A DNA stretch of 64,000 nt from Eledone cirrhosa (GCA_964016885.1 OZ024743.1:311054001-311118000); one strand, 5' to 3'. Positions 45,109-61,699 are shown, counted from the first letter of the stretch. The notes: generated from the letters alone by a model not told the origin. Translations and numbers: made by a program.

Positions 45109-45112
<4 letters not shown>
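44312..45112. repeat. ORF-less fold-back pseudo-LTR (related minus copy ~36675-37120)
   Basis: 44385-44476 is the reverse complement of ~44886-44995; 36675-37110 matches 44720-45110 in reverse. Confidence 0.85.
44676..44752 (+). ncRNA. Type I hammerhead motif
   Basis: tccc-CTGAAGA-gctc..gagatat...atatctc..gagaac-GAAA-ctcatgg GTC-ggga. Confidence 0.75.
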
Positions 45113-45174
<62 letters not shown>

Positions 45175-45333
45175 AGGATATATATATATATATATAGAGA
45201 TAGATAGATAGATATATAGATATATATACATATATATATATATAGATATATATATACATATATATATATATAGAGAGATATATATACATATATATATAGA
45301 GAGATATATATATACATATATATAGATATATAG

Positions 45334-45402
<69 letters not shown>

Positions 45403-45479
45403 CATATATATATATACATATATATATATACATATATATATACATATATATATATACATATATATATAAATATATACAT

Positions 45480-45512
<33 letters not shown>

Positions 45513-45607
45513 CATACATATATATATACATATATATATACATATATATATGTATATACATATATATATATACCTATTTATATATATATATATACATATA
45601 TATATAC

Positions 45608-45648
<41 letters not shown>

Positions 45649-45878
45649 CACGGAAAAAATGAAACGAAATTTCATTTCCCACTCTTAGTACGGCTGTTAC
45701 TTAAATATAAGTATGTACACGTACATACATATATGTATACAGACGTACAGTAGTATGTATATATATATACATACATGCACACATATATATATGTACGTAT
45801 GGATTCACCGAACATTTATTATAATAAATATATATATATAATAAATATATATATATATATATAAAGATATATATATAC

Positions 45879-45972
<94 letters not shown>

Positions 45973-46027
45973 GTTTATATATATATATGTATATATATAT
46001 ATGTATATATATATATATGTCTATATA

Positions 46028-46065
<38 letters not shown>

Positions 46066-46137
46066 TATATATATATATATGTATATATATATGTTTATAT
46101 AAATATATATACATATATATATACATATATATATATA

Positions 46138-46298
<161 letters not shown>

Positions 46299-46299
46299 G

Positions 46300-46352
<53 letters not shown>

Positions 46353-46369
46353 GTATATATATATATATG

Positions 46370-46408
<39 letters not shown>

Positions 46409-46471
46409 GCAAATATATATATATGTATATATATATATGTATATATATATGTATATATATATATATATATA

Positions 46472-46972
46472 TGTCGTTTCTGAATTTGTTTAGCAAGATT
46501 CTTTATCTGAAATCGTGTGTTGAAACCGATATTGTAATACTTTGGGAGGGTCATGTTGCCAATAAGAAACACACGCACCAGTTGCTTTCACTTCAATTTA
46601 TTATAATAAATTTATAAATTTATAAATTTCTGGTTGGTTGGTTGGTTCCACAACAAGATAGTTGTTTATATATAGTCATAGTTCTTTCATCACACACTCT
46701 GTGACCTCTTCAGTGACTGGGGATTCCTTTCTTTGTTTCTGTGCCTCTCCTTTGTTCTTGCCTACGCCATTTTGTTTCTGTGTGTGTGTTGTGTGCTCAG
46801 TCTGCGCATGCGCCACATCCGGGTGTCTGTGTGTGTTTATGTTCATTTATTTATTTGTTTGTTTATTGACATGAAATTTATAAATTTATTATAAATTTAT
46901 TATAATAAATTGAAGTGAAAGCAACTGGTGCGTGTGTTTCTTATTGGCAACATGACCCTCCCAAAGTATAAC
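46472..46972 (-). mobile_element. Pseudo-LTR of the 48820-49910 PLE family with a short inversion; hammerhead at 46674-46718
   Basis: Minus strand: agtca-CTGAAGA-g gtcaca gagtg tgtgat-GAAA-gaa CTA-tgact. 46875-46970 is an inverted copy of 46535-46630. Confidence 0.8.
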
Positions 46973-46974
46973 AC

Positions 46975-47076
<102 letters not shown>

Positions 47077-47149
47077 ATACTTATTGTTATAAATATAATA
47101 AAATGTGGAGAGGAAGCACACGAGTTAGGATATATATATATATGTATAT

Positions 47150-48754
47150 GAAAACAGGGAGAAAAAGACGATTATTAGGAAGAAAAATATATTGTTTACC
47201 CTTTTTATTTATTTCTGTCTTTTTTCTGGGTTAGAAAATGATTAAAACGAAATATTTTACTTTGTGTGAAGTGTTAAGGTATTAGTTGATTTATTTATTA
47301 ATTAACAATGGCATTTATTTATATATTTATATATTTAATAATTGTCTATTACCTGTTTCAGCATTTTTATGCATTATCAAATGATAGTGATATGTATTGG
47401 TGTAGAATGGTGGTGTTGCACATGTTAAAGAAATGGTGCAGAAAGAAAAATGTTGTTTACAAACAAGTTTTATGAAGTGAAAAGAAAAAAGAAAAGAAAA
47501 AAAGGGGCGTAATGTGGAGTATAAAAAGTCAATGCGAAAGAAAAAATAATGTTATTTACATGTATAGTTCTTGAAGTTAAGCCGATCAAAATGTATTAAT
47601 ATAGCTAGAGTGCTTAGTGGATCCATGATGGAAGAGCAAAAGACAACCTAAATCCATAAAAAAATCCTCACACAAGCCAAATTCCACCAAACCCTCAAAA
47701 TGAACCCTACAGTAACAAAATGCGGAAGGCCCAACTGTGGCATATGCATAAATCTAATAGAAGGTTCAACATTCCATTTTAAAATAAGGACAACATTTCA
47801 GTTAAACACAACATTACATGTGCATCTGAAAACCTAATCTATGTTTTGACCTGCTCAGGTTGTCAAGAGCACTACATAGGGCAGACAAAAAAACAGCCTC
47901 CGACAACGTATGACCGTCGATAAATCACAAATCAAAATACAGGAATACAGAAAGATTGCATTTAGTGAACATATCGCCAATTGTGCACCGACCCAACATC
48001 CAAACTTTCAAATTTTCCCCATTTACAAATTAATAGATAACGCTACTTTCATCCATCGTACCAATAAGGAAACATATTTCATTAACAAATTCCAACCTAT
48101 ACTTAATGCACTAAACTTCGGACCAAACTAAAACTGGAACAAACAATCAAACATTTACAAGATTTACCTCCCCCACACCCTACCTAATCCTTTTTCTTAA
48201 ATAAATTAAATATCATCCAGCATGAATTGCCTCCCCCTGCATATTAACTCTCTAAAAAGGAAGATCATATGAAACCAAAGTCCACCATTTGCGTCGATCA
48301 TGGATCAACTAAGCACACTTGCTATATTAACAACAGAACTATACCTGTAAATAACATTATTTTTTCTTTCACATTGACTTTTTATGCTCCACATTACGCT
48401 CCTTTTTTTCTTTTTTCTTTTTTCTTTTCACTTCATAAACCTTGTTTGTAAATAACATTATTCTTTCTGCACCATTTCTTTAACATGTGCAACACCACCA
48501 TTCAACACCAATACATATCACTATCATTTGATAATGCATAAAAATGCTGAAACCGGTAATAGACAAGTATTAAATATATAAATAGATAAAAAAATGCCAT
48601 TGTTAATTAATAAATAAATCAGCTAATACCTTAACACTTCACACAAAGTAAAATATTTCGTTTTAATCATTTTCTGACCCCAAAAAGGAGACAAAGAAAT
48701 AAAAAGGGTCCAAAATATATTTTTCTTCCTAATAATCGTCTCTTTCTCCCTGTT

Positions 48755-48757
<3 letters not shown>
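47150..48757 (+). mobile_element. Truncated Neptune-like PLE (GIY-YIG ~47640-48131) between inverted pseudo-LTRs (47150-47630 / 48295-48757)
   Basis: VTKCGRPNCGICINL..CASENLIYVLTCSGCQEHYIGQT..KETYFINKFQPILN read from 47700-48130. Hammerhead-like ctat..TTGATAA-t gcat aaaa atgc t-GAAA-ccg GTA-atag at ~48521-48562, with a reverse copy at ~47345-47388. Confidence 0.88.
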
Positions 48758-48819
<62 letters not shown>

Positions 48820-48821
<2 letters not shown>

Positions 48822-49909
48822 CTTTTCTGAATTTGTTTAGCATCTTTATCTGAAAACGTGTGTTGAAACCGATATTGTTATACTTTGGGAGGGTCATGTT
48901 GCAAATAAGAAACACACGCACCAGTTGCTTTCACTTCAACTTATCATAATAAATTTATAAATTTAGGAATTTATAAATTTCCGGTTGGTTGGTTGGTTCC
49001 ACAACCAGATGATTGTTTATATATTGTCAAAGTTCTTTCGTCACACATTCTGTGACCTCTTCAGTGACTGGGGATTCTTTTCTCTATTTTTGTGCCGATC
49101 CTTTGTTCTGTCCTACGCCATCTTGTTTTTGTGTGTGTGTTGTGTGCTTAGTTTGCGCATGTGTTACATCCGGGTGTCTCTGTGTGTTTATATTCGTTTA
49201 TTTATTTGTTTATTTACATGTTGCTGGTTGGTTGTTTGTTCTATGTTCGTGTGTGTTTTCATTTTGTCCTTAATTGTAAGTTGTGAATAACCCCCCGTGT
49301 AACCCAGCATTGGGTTGGAGTTCGTTTATGTTTATTGCCTCTGTGATTTGTCTAAATATTGCGTCTTTTCTGTGTGTAGATTCTATTTTTATTTATATGT
49401 TCTCTAATTTACCCTTATGTTCTATTTTAGCATGGTGGTAGAGTACAGATGATTCTTTACTATCTTGAAGGTCTCGCCAGTGTTCATTTATCCGTTCATT
49501 TATCCGTTGTACGAGCTGTCTCACCTATGTACCCTATATTTTTATCTCTACATTGTCCTTCAGTCCATCTTATGCTATATACTACATTTCTAGTTTTACA
49601 GTTAATATGGGGGCTTAATTTACGGATTATCCATTTCTTATCTATACAGGGAGGTCTTTGAAAAGGGTATGTATTACTAATAAGTATTTTTATGGAGGTA
49701 CCTGGTCTTTCTACTATCTTAATATTGAGTTTATGTTTATCTAGGACCCTTCTAAATTTGTAAGCTTATTCAACTCTAGGGGTTGTATCGATGAACATTA
49801 CACTCTGGTATTTATTGTTATCATACCATGAGTTTATTCTATTAGCCTTATTCCTAGTTCTTTCTATTCTATTCCAAAAGTTGCTCCTATACAAGGGGCA
49901 GGTCCCATT

Positions 49910-49910
<1 letters not shown>
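48820..49910 (-). mobile_element. Truncated Neptune-like PLE (GIY-YIG ~49270-49910, mostly missed by the ORF track) plus pseudo-LTR; hammerhead at 49026-49068
   Basis: Manual minus-strand translation: [59 protein letters not shown]. gtca-CTGAAGA-g gtcaca gaatg tgtgac-GAAA-gaa CTT-tgac; another copy at 54080-54122. Confidence 0.85.
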
Positions 49911-50002
<92 letters not shown>

Positions 50003-50692
50003 ATACATACATATATATATATATACATACATATATATATATATATACATATAAAGGTAAGGAAGAGGCTAACAGAGAGAGAGAGACTGCAGCTCCATTA
50101 TTATCATATTTACACATATATTTTTTCCTCCGCTGCCACCAGTCTGTTTCGTTCTTTGTGTCTTTACCCTTTCTAGCAGTCTCTCTCTCTCTCTGTTAGC
50201 CTCTTCCTCACCTTTCACTCACTCACTCTCTGTCACTACCTCTCCTCCTCCCCTTTCGTCCCGTTTGACCTATCCGTAATCCTTTTCTCGCGGTCACTTG
50301 ACCAAGCCGGTATGAATTTTTTTTCTCTCTCTCTCGTCTGCGACTTCACAGAACTTATGTTTACCGAATTCGCAGACGAGACCCCTTCTTCCTCCCGTTA
50401 GACCTGTGCGAAATTCCTTCCTTGCTCACATTTCAACCAGGTTTGATGGTCTTTATTCTCTCGTTCACGATTCCACCGAATTTATATTCATAGAAATCTG
50501 GGACTTGTTTCTTTCTTCTTCGTCACTTTCTGTTGCTTAAACCATTTTGTTTGTTTACCCTAGCGTCCCCTTTATTTACGTGTCCCAACGACTTTTTTTA
50601 GCCGTTGCTCGCACCAACCTGAGGTATATGGCCTTTAATGCGACAAAATGCCTACGACGGTTGGAAGGCCACTGATCTGGACAAACTTTTTC

Positions 50693-50747
<55 letters not shown>

Positions 50748-50748
50748 C

Positions 50749-50862
<114 letters not shown>

Positions 50863-50881
50863 ATATATATATGTATGTATG

Positions 50882-50997
<116 letters not shown>

Positions 50998-51009
50998 TAT
51001 ATATGTATG

Positions 51010-51044
<35 letters not shown>

Positions 51045-51045
51045 G

Positions 51046-51123
<78 letters not shown>

Positions 51124-51165
51124 CATATATATATATACATATATATATATATACATACATATATA

Positions 51166-51247
<82 letters not shown>

Positions 51248-51324
51248 CATACATATATATATAATAATATATATATAATAATATATATAACATATATAGT
51301 AATATATATATATATATATATGTA

Positions 51325-51700
51325 TGCAGAAGTTATATTTAATTTGTTGGGATTCAACAAGCTTAAAAGTGTTATAACTGTTATAAAGCACTCAACAATT
51401 TACTGGAGTAAATATTCAATATATTAATAAATGGAAACTATATTTATAAAATCAGAATTATTTTATTATATATATTTTAAGGGTAACCAAGGCAGTTTTG
51501 GTGCGCTTTCATCAGATAAGATACAAAATTTGTTTTATAAATGTTGACTTACCCTTAGAAAAACAACCTTGAGGGATAGTCCAGCGAACCTTCAACCGTG
51601 AAGGTTGTTTTTCTAAGGTTGTATGTCAACATTTATAAAACAAATTTTGTATTTTATCTGATGAAAGCGCACCAAAACAAACTTGCTCTTGAAATATATA
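51325..51700. repeat. Fold-back with hammerhead motifs (15085-family)
   Basis: 51495-51570 is the reverse complement of 51601-51680; CTGATGA at 51658 and GAAA at 51691. Confidence 0.85.
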
Positions 51701-52110
51701 TACATATGTAATAATATATATATATATATGTATATACATATATAATAATAATAATAATATATATATATATAAATATATGAAAATTAGAATTAGTGCTCTG
51801 AAATAGCGATATATATATGTGTGTATATAATTATATAATAATATATATATATGTGTGTGTGTGTGTGTATGTGTGTGTGTGTGTGTTTGTGTGTATATAT
51901 ACATATATAATTGTCTCTACTTTAGGCACAAGGCCAGCAATTACCCAGTGCATTACTGGTACTTTATTTTATCGACCCCGTAAGGATGAAAAGCCAAGTC
52001 AACCTCGGCGGGATTTGAAATCAGATCGTAAAGGGACGTAACTATGCTGGAAAGCATGGCGTCCGACCCTCTACTGATACTGCCAATCTACCGCCCTTAT
52101 ATACATATAT

Positions 52111-52770
<660 letters not shown>

Positions 52771-53179
52771 ATAATAATAAAATTGAAGACTAAAATCCAA
52801 AGAGGGCTCGATAAGGAAAATATATAAGAACCGTAGAGCAAATATTTATTAAAATAACAGTTTCAGAAGATCCCGTTAAAGGTGAAAGCAGCGATTCTTT
52901 GCTTAAACTTTAATCTGTTATTTTAATAAATATATATATATAATTGTTTCTACTTTTGGCACAGGTCCAGCAATTACCCAGTACATTACTGGTACTTTAT
53001 TTTATCGACCCCGTAAGCATGAAAAGCAAAGTTAACCTCGGCGAGATTTGATCTCAGATCATAAAGGGCCTTAACTCTCTTCTGTAAAGCATGGCGTCCG
53101 ACCCTCTACCGATACTGCCAATCGACATATACATATATAATGATATATATATATAATAATATATATTTATATGTATATA

Positions 53180-53228
<49 letters not shown>

Positions 53229-53252
53229 TATATGTATATATATATATATATA

Positions 53253-53283
<31 letters not shown>

Positions 53284-54404
53284 CTCTCTATATATACATA
53301 TATAATAATGTATATATACATATATATATACATATGTATATACATATATAATAATATATATATACATATATATATACATATGTATATACATATACATACA
53401 TATATATATATATATATATGTATGTATATACATATATAATGATATATATGTGGAGGCGCGTGGCTGTGTGGTTAGAGAATTGGATTCGCAATCGTGAGGT
53501 TGTGAGTTCGATTCCCCGACCAGGTGATGCGTTATATCCTTGAGCAAGACACTTTATTTCCCGTTGCACCTTCTGCCTGGATTTGCGACCGATATAGAGT
53601 ATTAGCAATTAGAAAGACCAATGGAAACATCGTTTCCTCGGTCCGATTTGACAAAAAAAGTCGATCGACTGTCGATATATATGTATATACATATATAATA
53701 ATAATAATATATATATATATATATATATGTATATACATATATTATTGTTTCTACTTTTGCAAATATCCAGTACATTACTGGTACTTTATTTTATCGACCC
53801 CGTAAGGATGAAAGGCAAAGTTAACCCGACGGCATTTGAACTCAGACCGTAAAGGGACGTAACTATGCTGGAAAGCATGTTGACCGACCCTCTACCGATA
53901 CTGCCAATATAATAATAATATATATATATTGTTATACTTTAGGAGGGTCATGTTGCCAATAAGAAACACACGCACCAGACGCTTCCACTTCAATTTATTA
54001 TAATATATTTATAAATTTAGGAATTTATAAATTTCCGGTTGGTTGGTTGGTTCCACAACCAGATGGTTGTTTATATATTGTCAAAGTTCTTTCGTCACAC
54101 ATTCTGTGACCTCTTCAGTGACTGGGGGTTCTTTTCTTTGTTTTTTGTGCCTCTTCTTTGTTCTGTCCTACGCCATCTTGTTTTTCTGTGTGTGTTGTGT
54201 TGGAAGCACACAACACATAATGCTTGTTATGCTCAGGATTGACGCTCGGATATTTAATAATCTAGGCTATATTTTGCCAAACAAAGTAATTTCAATTGAG
54301 AGTGCAGCAAGCTGACAAAGCTGTTTCTTTTTTTAATCACGTATTGCACATATATGTACATAAAGGGCGGCGGCAAGTTCTATGGCTTCTATATTAATAT
54401 CGTG

Positions 54405-56312
54405 GTAGGCCCAGAAGCCAAAGAACTTGCCGCCGCCCTTAAGGTAGATAAGAAGCTACAATCTCTAGCTAAGCGGGAGGCGTTCCTCACCCTGAAAGAT
54501 CACAAGGTAAACTTTACTTTTAACCCCACATGTACACTAATAAACACGACACACACAGATATGGGACTAGTCAGTAAGGCCATACTTAGAAACATATTTA
54601 AGACCATTAAATTTAGGACCGAGTCCAACCTGTCCCATTGAGGGAACAGCGACTCCGTAATTAAGTGGTTTAACTCCTTCAAATCCAAAAAAGCGAAGTT
54701 CACACAGTTTGACATTCTTGAGTTTTACCCGTCGATCTCAGAGACCCTGTTAAACAAAGCGTTGGACTTTGCTACCACTTACACTACCGTCGATGATTTA
54801 GACAGGGAAATCCTCGCTCACTGCCAGAAAACCCTCCTCTTCAACAACGGAGTAGCCTGGGCAAAGAAGTCAACAACTTCAGACCTATTCGACGTCTCCA
54901 TGGGATCGTTTGACATTGCTGACGTATGCGACTTGGTTGGATTATTTATTTTAGATATATTACGTGTTAGATTCCCGGGCTTCCACACGGGAATATACCG
55001 CGACGATGTACTGACCTTATCGAGCCATAAAAGTGGTTACGACCTCGACCGGTTTAAAAAAGACTTAGCTTCTACCTTCAATAGGTTAGGACTTAGGATA
55101 ACAGTAGTTACCAACCTCTCTAGCGTAGATTTCTTAGACATTAATTTAGACCCTCGCACACACACCTACAGACTCTTCCATAAACTAAACGAAAAACTTA
55201 ATTACATTCACAAGGACTCATGCCACCCTCCCACTGTTTTTAGAAACTTCGTAAATAATATCAGTACTAGAATCTCAAACCTCTCCTCTAATAAGGCTAA
55301 CTTTGACAGGGCGGCACCGTACTATAACACGGCGTTAGCTAACAACGGCTTCTCACAACCTATCACTTACTCTCCCACTAACAACAACAGCAATAAGAAA
55401 AGAAAGCGTAACAATAGACAAACTATCTTTTTCTCTCCTCCCTTCTCACTCAACGTTAAAACCAATGATGGGAAAAGATTTCTAGCCCTCTTAGATAGAC
55501 ACTTTCACATAGGTCATAAATACAGCTCCATCTTTAACCGACACAAAGTAAAACAAGGATACTCCTGCGCTAAGAACATGAAGGCCCACATCACCAACAG
55601 CCCCAAGAGCAACACCCCCACCAGGGTGCTCTTGCCGTAAGCCCGAAGCTTATCCCCTTCAACAACAATGCAACACACCCGCTGTAATTTATGAAGCCGT
55701 GGTCACTTCCAACCGACCAAATCAACCACAGGAGGTCAAATCCTATGTGGGTATGGCGGAGGGCCGATTTAAGGAACGATTCCTGAACCACCAGTCGACC
55801 TTTACGTACCCAGACAGAGGTTCAGCCACGAAACTCGCGAGCCACATATGGTCCCTGAAGGACTCAAGTATAGACTACTCCATTCAATGGAAAGCCATCA
55901 CTAAGCCCAAGCCATACTCAACGGGCAATCCGTCGTGTGGACTATGTATTGATGAACGAATAAATATTCTAAAGAGATTACGCAATAGAGATTGCCTAAG
56001 CACGAGAAATGCATTCTTCACACGTTGTCCACACGTCTGGAAACACCTCTTACATAACTACAAAGCTCCGGATTGAATTTCAAGATCCTAATTTTCTTAC
56101 CAGCTAGAAACTTTCGGACTTTCGCAGTTATGTCCCTTACACCTCTCGCACACAATTTAGTATTGCCTGTGTGAAGTGATCGTTTCTGCCCAAGCGCGTT
56201 CGTACGGTTGTCCTTCCTGTTCCATATAACCGTGTGAATTACGAGCTGAGGATCCGCTAATGTGAAACAATTGTTCTCGGTATGGTGAACTAACTGTTGA
56301 GTAACCACTTCT
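54405..56312 (+). mobile_element. 5'-truncated PLE (RT ~54405-55640, GIY-YIG to 56076, pseudo-LTR with hammerhead 56242-56279)
   Basis: AFLTLKDHK..QFDILEFYPSI..FDVSMGS..GIYRDD..DFLDINL..SCHP..SYVGMAE..CGLC; one stop at 54639 and a frameshift at ~55620. Confidence 0.93.
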
Positions 56313-56514
56313 ATACATATATATATATATTTCGTTTCTGAATTTGTTTAGCAAGATTCTTTATCTGAAAACGTGTGTTGAAACCGATATTGTCATACTT
56401 TGGAACCAACCGGAAATTTATAAATTCCTAAATTTATAAATTTATTATAATAAATTGAAGTGAAAGCAACTGGTGCGTGTGTTTCTTATTGGCAACATGA
56501 CCCTCCCAAAGTAT

Positions 56515-56607
<93 letters not shown>

Positions 56608-56744
56608 TGTATGTATATGTATATACATATATATGTATGTATGTATATATGTATGTATATATGTATGTATGTATATATGTATGTATATTTGTATATTTGT
56701 ATCTATATTTATATATATGTATGTATATTTATATATGTATATAT

Positions 56745-56776
<32 letters not shown>

Positions 56777-56794
56777 GTCAGTGTGTGTATGTGT

Positions 56795-57040
56795 GTATCC
56801 CGGGTTCAATCGAGAGTAACCACAGTAAGTAGGTTACTCAATATATATCAGAATATAAATATTTAATATAGAAATGGCTTCTACAGGACTAGAACTGTTT
56901 CATTCGATGAACTGTTTCCTGGTGATTTCCTTTGAATGAAAAATTTCTAGTCCACTAGAAGCCATTTCTATATTAAACATTGTATATACTCTACTATGTA
57001 TTGAGTACCCTTCTTACTGTGGTTACCCCCGATTGTACCC

Positions 57041-57043
<3 letters not shown>
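56795..57043. repeat. Older fold-back with a degenerate hammerhead (ttc-CTGGTGA-t ttc cttt gaa t-GAAA..gaa, ~56916-56960)
   Basis: cgggttcaatcgagagtaaccacagtaag..atagaaatggcttcta is the reverse complement of tagaagccatttctat..cttactgtggttacccccgattgtacccg. Confidence 0.75.
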
Positions 57044-57123
<80 letters not shown>

Positions 57124-57139
57124 ACACGCATACACACAC

Positions 57140-57246
<107 letters not shown>

Positions 57247-57392
57247 GAGAGAGAGAACAAAATAAATATTTATGATATCCATATATACTTATATCATAAA
57301 TATGTATTTTTGAAATAAATATATATGTCAGAGGGCGTGTATGTATGTTTGCACACATGTAAGTATGTATGTATGTATATATGTATACGTAC

Positions 57393-57547
57393 ATGTTCAT
57401 GCCACCCGTCGATGCAGATTCTGTTCGTGTAATAGCATGAAAGAATGATTCGGCTGCTACAGCAAAATATTCGTATTCATTTTCCATAGCATAACTATGT
57501 TGACGCCAAAGTTTGTTGGATTTAGCTTTCTGATACGCAGCCATTAT
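57393..57547 (-). CDS. Probable internal exon of a host zinc-metallopeptidase-like gene
   Basis: Acceptor ttactttcag|ATA, donor AT|gtacgt, 155 bp open: IMAAYQKAKSNKLWRQHSYAMENEYEYFAVAAESFFHAITRTESASTGGMN. The YAxxNxxEYFA motif resembles MtfA/anthrax-lethal-factor-like peptidases. Confidence 0.7.
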
Positions 57548-58749
57548 CTGAAAGTAACCATACATTTAGATATGAATTATTCACAATTTACATACTATAA
57601 TTGAGGGTATTTTCCAAATATATAATCCGCTTGCAAAACATGATTTCAGTCTAAGGTTTCCACGTAGGATAGACTAAAAATGTTCATTATTTATGTTTAA
57701 CTGATATTAAATTATATATTATGTTATTCCTCTATAATTCTATATTCAAATGTTTTTAATTCATTGAATGCCAAGAAATATTTTAGTTTTATTATCCCCT
57801 CCATTTTCTCTCGTTTAAAACTTTCTTGTTCGATAAAGTATCACGTTAAACTCAATATAACATTAAGAGTATTATATAATACTATAACAAATTCTATAGC
57901 AGTTTAATGATTATTTACTACTAACAGAGTAGTACGTTGTTGTCGAGCAATTTTCACCATAGAATGTCTTTTGTTCAATATTGTTTTATTCCATGCCAGA
58001 CCATGTCTCCCCCTTTCTTTATCTAACGTTATTTAGTCTCCGTGGTCCGGTCATGTGAATCGTCAACTACCCCCAACGTAGTTTCAAAGGAAATTTACTA
58101 AATAGGATTGTATGTTAAAGTGATATCTGGGGTTCGTCGTGTAAGTTAGCGTGAGTGGCTACACGTAAACATCGGGTGAGCTTTGCAATGATAACTCTCT
58201 GTCTCATTGCGAAAACAATACTCCATGAAGATAACATGGATGGACGGAATAATAAGGTCACGTGGAAGGAATACATGAGAGGATCAATAAAATCTAGGCT
58301 ACATATATAGTCTCAGTAACAACTGAGTGCACTTGAGCAATGTAAAATAAAGTGTTTCGCTCAGGAACACAGAACTGTGTTCAGGAATCGAACCAACAAC
58401 GTTACGATCATACGCCAAGCATCCCATACTGAAGCAATATTATTATTTTCCTGGTTTCATCATTAGCCGCTAGACATACTGTGATAACACCTTCAAGACA
58501 TTTGGTCCGTCATATCAACCTCACTATTTATTTTCCAGATCCGATATATTTATCGATATCGCTTTGTCGTACAGCTAGAATGTAGGATGCATAAAAAGAG
58601 GCATACATGTAAAAGCACGCATACATACCCGCACACTCACACACACACACATACATACATACATACATACATACATACATACATACATACATACATACAT
58701 ACATACATACATACATACAAACATACATACATACATACATATAGGTATA

Positions 58750-58856
58750 TACAAGGTGTCCCCCCCCCCCAAGTTATACACACTTCGATTACCTGTACAG
58801 GCAGTATTTATTGGAATGCTGTTGAAGTATGTATGCATCTTTTGGGACATCCGGTA
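58750..58856. mobile_element. Possible tiny Tc1/mariner-type MITE
   Basis: Imperfect TIRs tacaaggtgtccc / gggacatccggta in a TA context. Confidence 0.45.
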
Positions 58857-58895
58857 TATATATACATACATACATTAAAGTATATACATACATAA

Positions 58896-59961
<1,066 letters not shown>

Positions 59962-60007
59962 TTATATATATATATATATAAGAATATATAAGATATATAT
60001 ATATATT

Positions 60008-60497
60008 TAAAAATTAGGATTGGTGCTCTGAAACAGCGATGTATACATGAATGTATGTATAGTATATTTGGCAATACACCGTATGTTTAATTAAAAACAT
60101 TTTGAAGACCTTGCGCTATTATTTTTAAAGTAGTGACTATGTCACTTACTTCTTTTTTCGGCAAAAGAAGGGAGAGAAGCTGACAGATTCTGATTCACGC
60201 TGTTCGCGATCCTCAGAGCAACGCCTTTGCCGAAAATTATAGAGGCTGGATTCTTATAGAATTCCAGTAATAAGCAGGAACTGATTATACACAGCGATTG
60301 CCGGTCCAGCAAAAATTAAAAATTAGGATTGGTGAGAAAGAGATAGTGGTTGTGAGAGAGTAGGTAGAAAATTTCATTTTACATTATATACATGGCTGTA
60401 TATAGTTTAATCAATTTTTAATTTTTGCTGGACCGGCAATGGCTCTGTATAATCAGTTCCTGATTATTACTGGAATTCTATAAGAATCCAGCCTCTA
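60008..60497. repeat. Diverged relative of the 312-bp array unit, with partial tandem and inversion; hammerhead at 60179-60219 (-)
   Basis: Shares gctctgaaa(c/t)agcgat, aaacattttgaagacct and gccggtcc(a/g)gca with the 42681 unit. gct-CTGAGGA-t cgc gaaca gcg t-GAAT-cag aat ct GTC-agc. Confidence 0.75.
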
Positions 60498-60749
60498 AGG
60501 ATCGACGGGTCGTCGGCGGCTAAACAGGCAACCCCACAAAGTTTACTTGGTGAGGAGGGTGATTTTGCACACCCTGCGGGACGAAAAACAAAACTTGACA
60601 AAGGGCGGAAGAACTCATAAGAGTCAACGGCCGTCCAAAAGCCTGTAAATATATATATATACACATGTGCATATGTATATACATATGTGTATATGTATAT
60701 GTGTATATTCATGGGTGCATGTGTGTATATATGCGCGGGGACATAGAAA

Positions 60750-61083
60750 TAGTCGGGCTGGACAACCGATGGCGCGGTTAAACCACTGGGAGTGAAGGAC
60801 CCCTAGCCTTTGTCAGGGCAGTCTTCTAGGAGAAGGCAACTCAGGTAATTGGGATAACTGCGATATAAAACCTGCGGCTCAGTAGTTACCGATGATGTTG
60901 ATATTTTCTTCTGTTGGGGTTATAGCCACTGTCGCTCAGAGAGTGGGATTGGCTCAGTGCACAGCCTTTCCTCACTTTAAAAAATATCTTCATGCACAGG
61001 CATTGCACGATAGAATTAATTAGTAATTATTAATAATGGTATATCGTGCAATGGCCATACTCGATAACGAGGGGGCAGCCATC

Positions 61084-61085
<2 letters not shown>
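60750..61085 (+). mobile_element. Possible RTE-like LINE 5' UTR-derived fragment
   Basis: agggcagtcttctaggagaaggcaactc...ataaaacct resembles RTE 5' regions, recalled from memory. Confidence 0.3.
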
Positions 61086-61117
<32 letters not shown>

Positions 61118-61146
61118 ATATATATGTATGTGTATATATATATGTG

Positions 61147-61193
<47 letters not shown>

Positions 61194-61213
61194 GGTTATG
61201 CACGAGTGCATAA

Positions 61214-61328
61214 TCTCTGATGATATGGGATCGATTGTGCATTGGATATCGAATGCTCTACTAAATATATAATATTATAGATGTAGCGAGATCTAGGCAA
61301 ATTGATGTCTATTGAAACGTACGTAAGA
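61214..61328 (+). ncRNA. Type I hammerhead motif with long helix II
   Basis: tct-CTGATGA-t atgggatcgatt...aattgatgtctat t-GAAA-cgtac GTA-aga, with palindromic acgtacgt; the unit is flanked by (TA)n. Confidence 0.7.
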
Positions 61329-61448
61329 ACCGAATAAATCTCTTTTACTGCATCTTTCTGTTCTTTTTAATTCTTTATATATATATATATATTATATATA
61401 TGCATATATATATATATGTATGTGTATGTATGTATATATATATATGTG

Positions 61449-61537
<89 letters not shown>

Positions 61538-61699
61538 ATATATACATATATATATATATATATTATATACATACACTCACATATATATAAATATATATAC
61601 ATACATACATACACATATATGTGTATGTATGTATATATATATATATATATACGTATGTATGCGTATATATATGTATATATATATATATATAAATGGAAA

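Noticed and set aside
50660-50680. Possible hAT terminal inverted repeat (cagtggccttccaacc on -)
   Set aside because: No partner TIR or 8-bp TSD found.
53452-53525. tRNA genes at 14713, 23163 and 53452
   Set aside because: A and B boxes are present but no full cloverleaf, and each continues into a SINE body.
54639-54641. In-frame TGA in a PLE RT as possible selenocysteine recoding
   Set aside because: It aligns to a Trp position in the sister element (LWN at ~39685), no SECIS was recognised, and the copy has other lesions.
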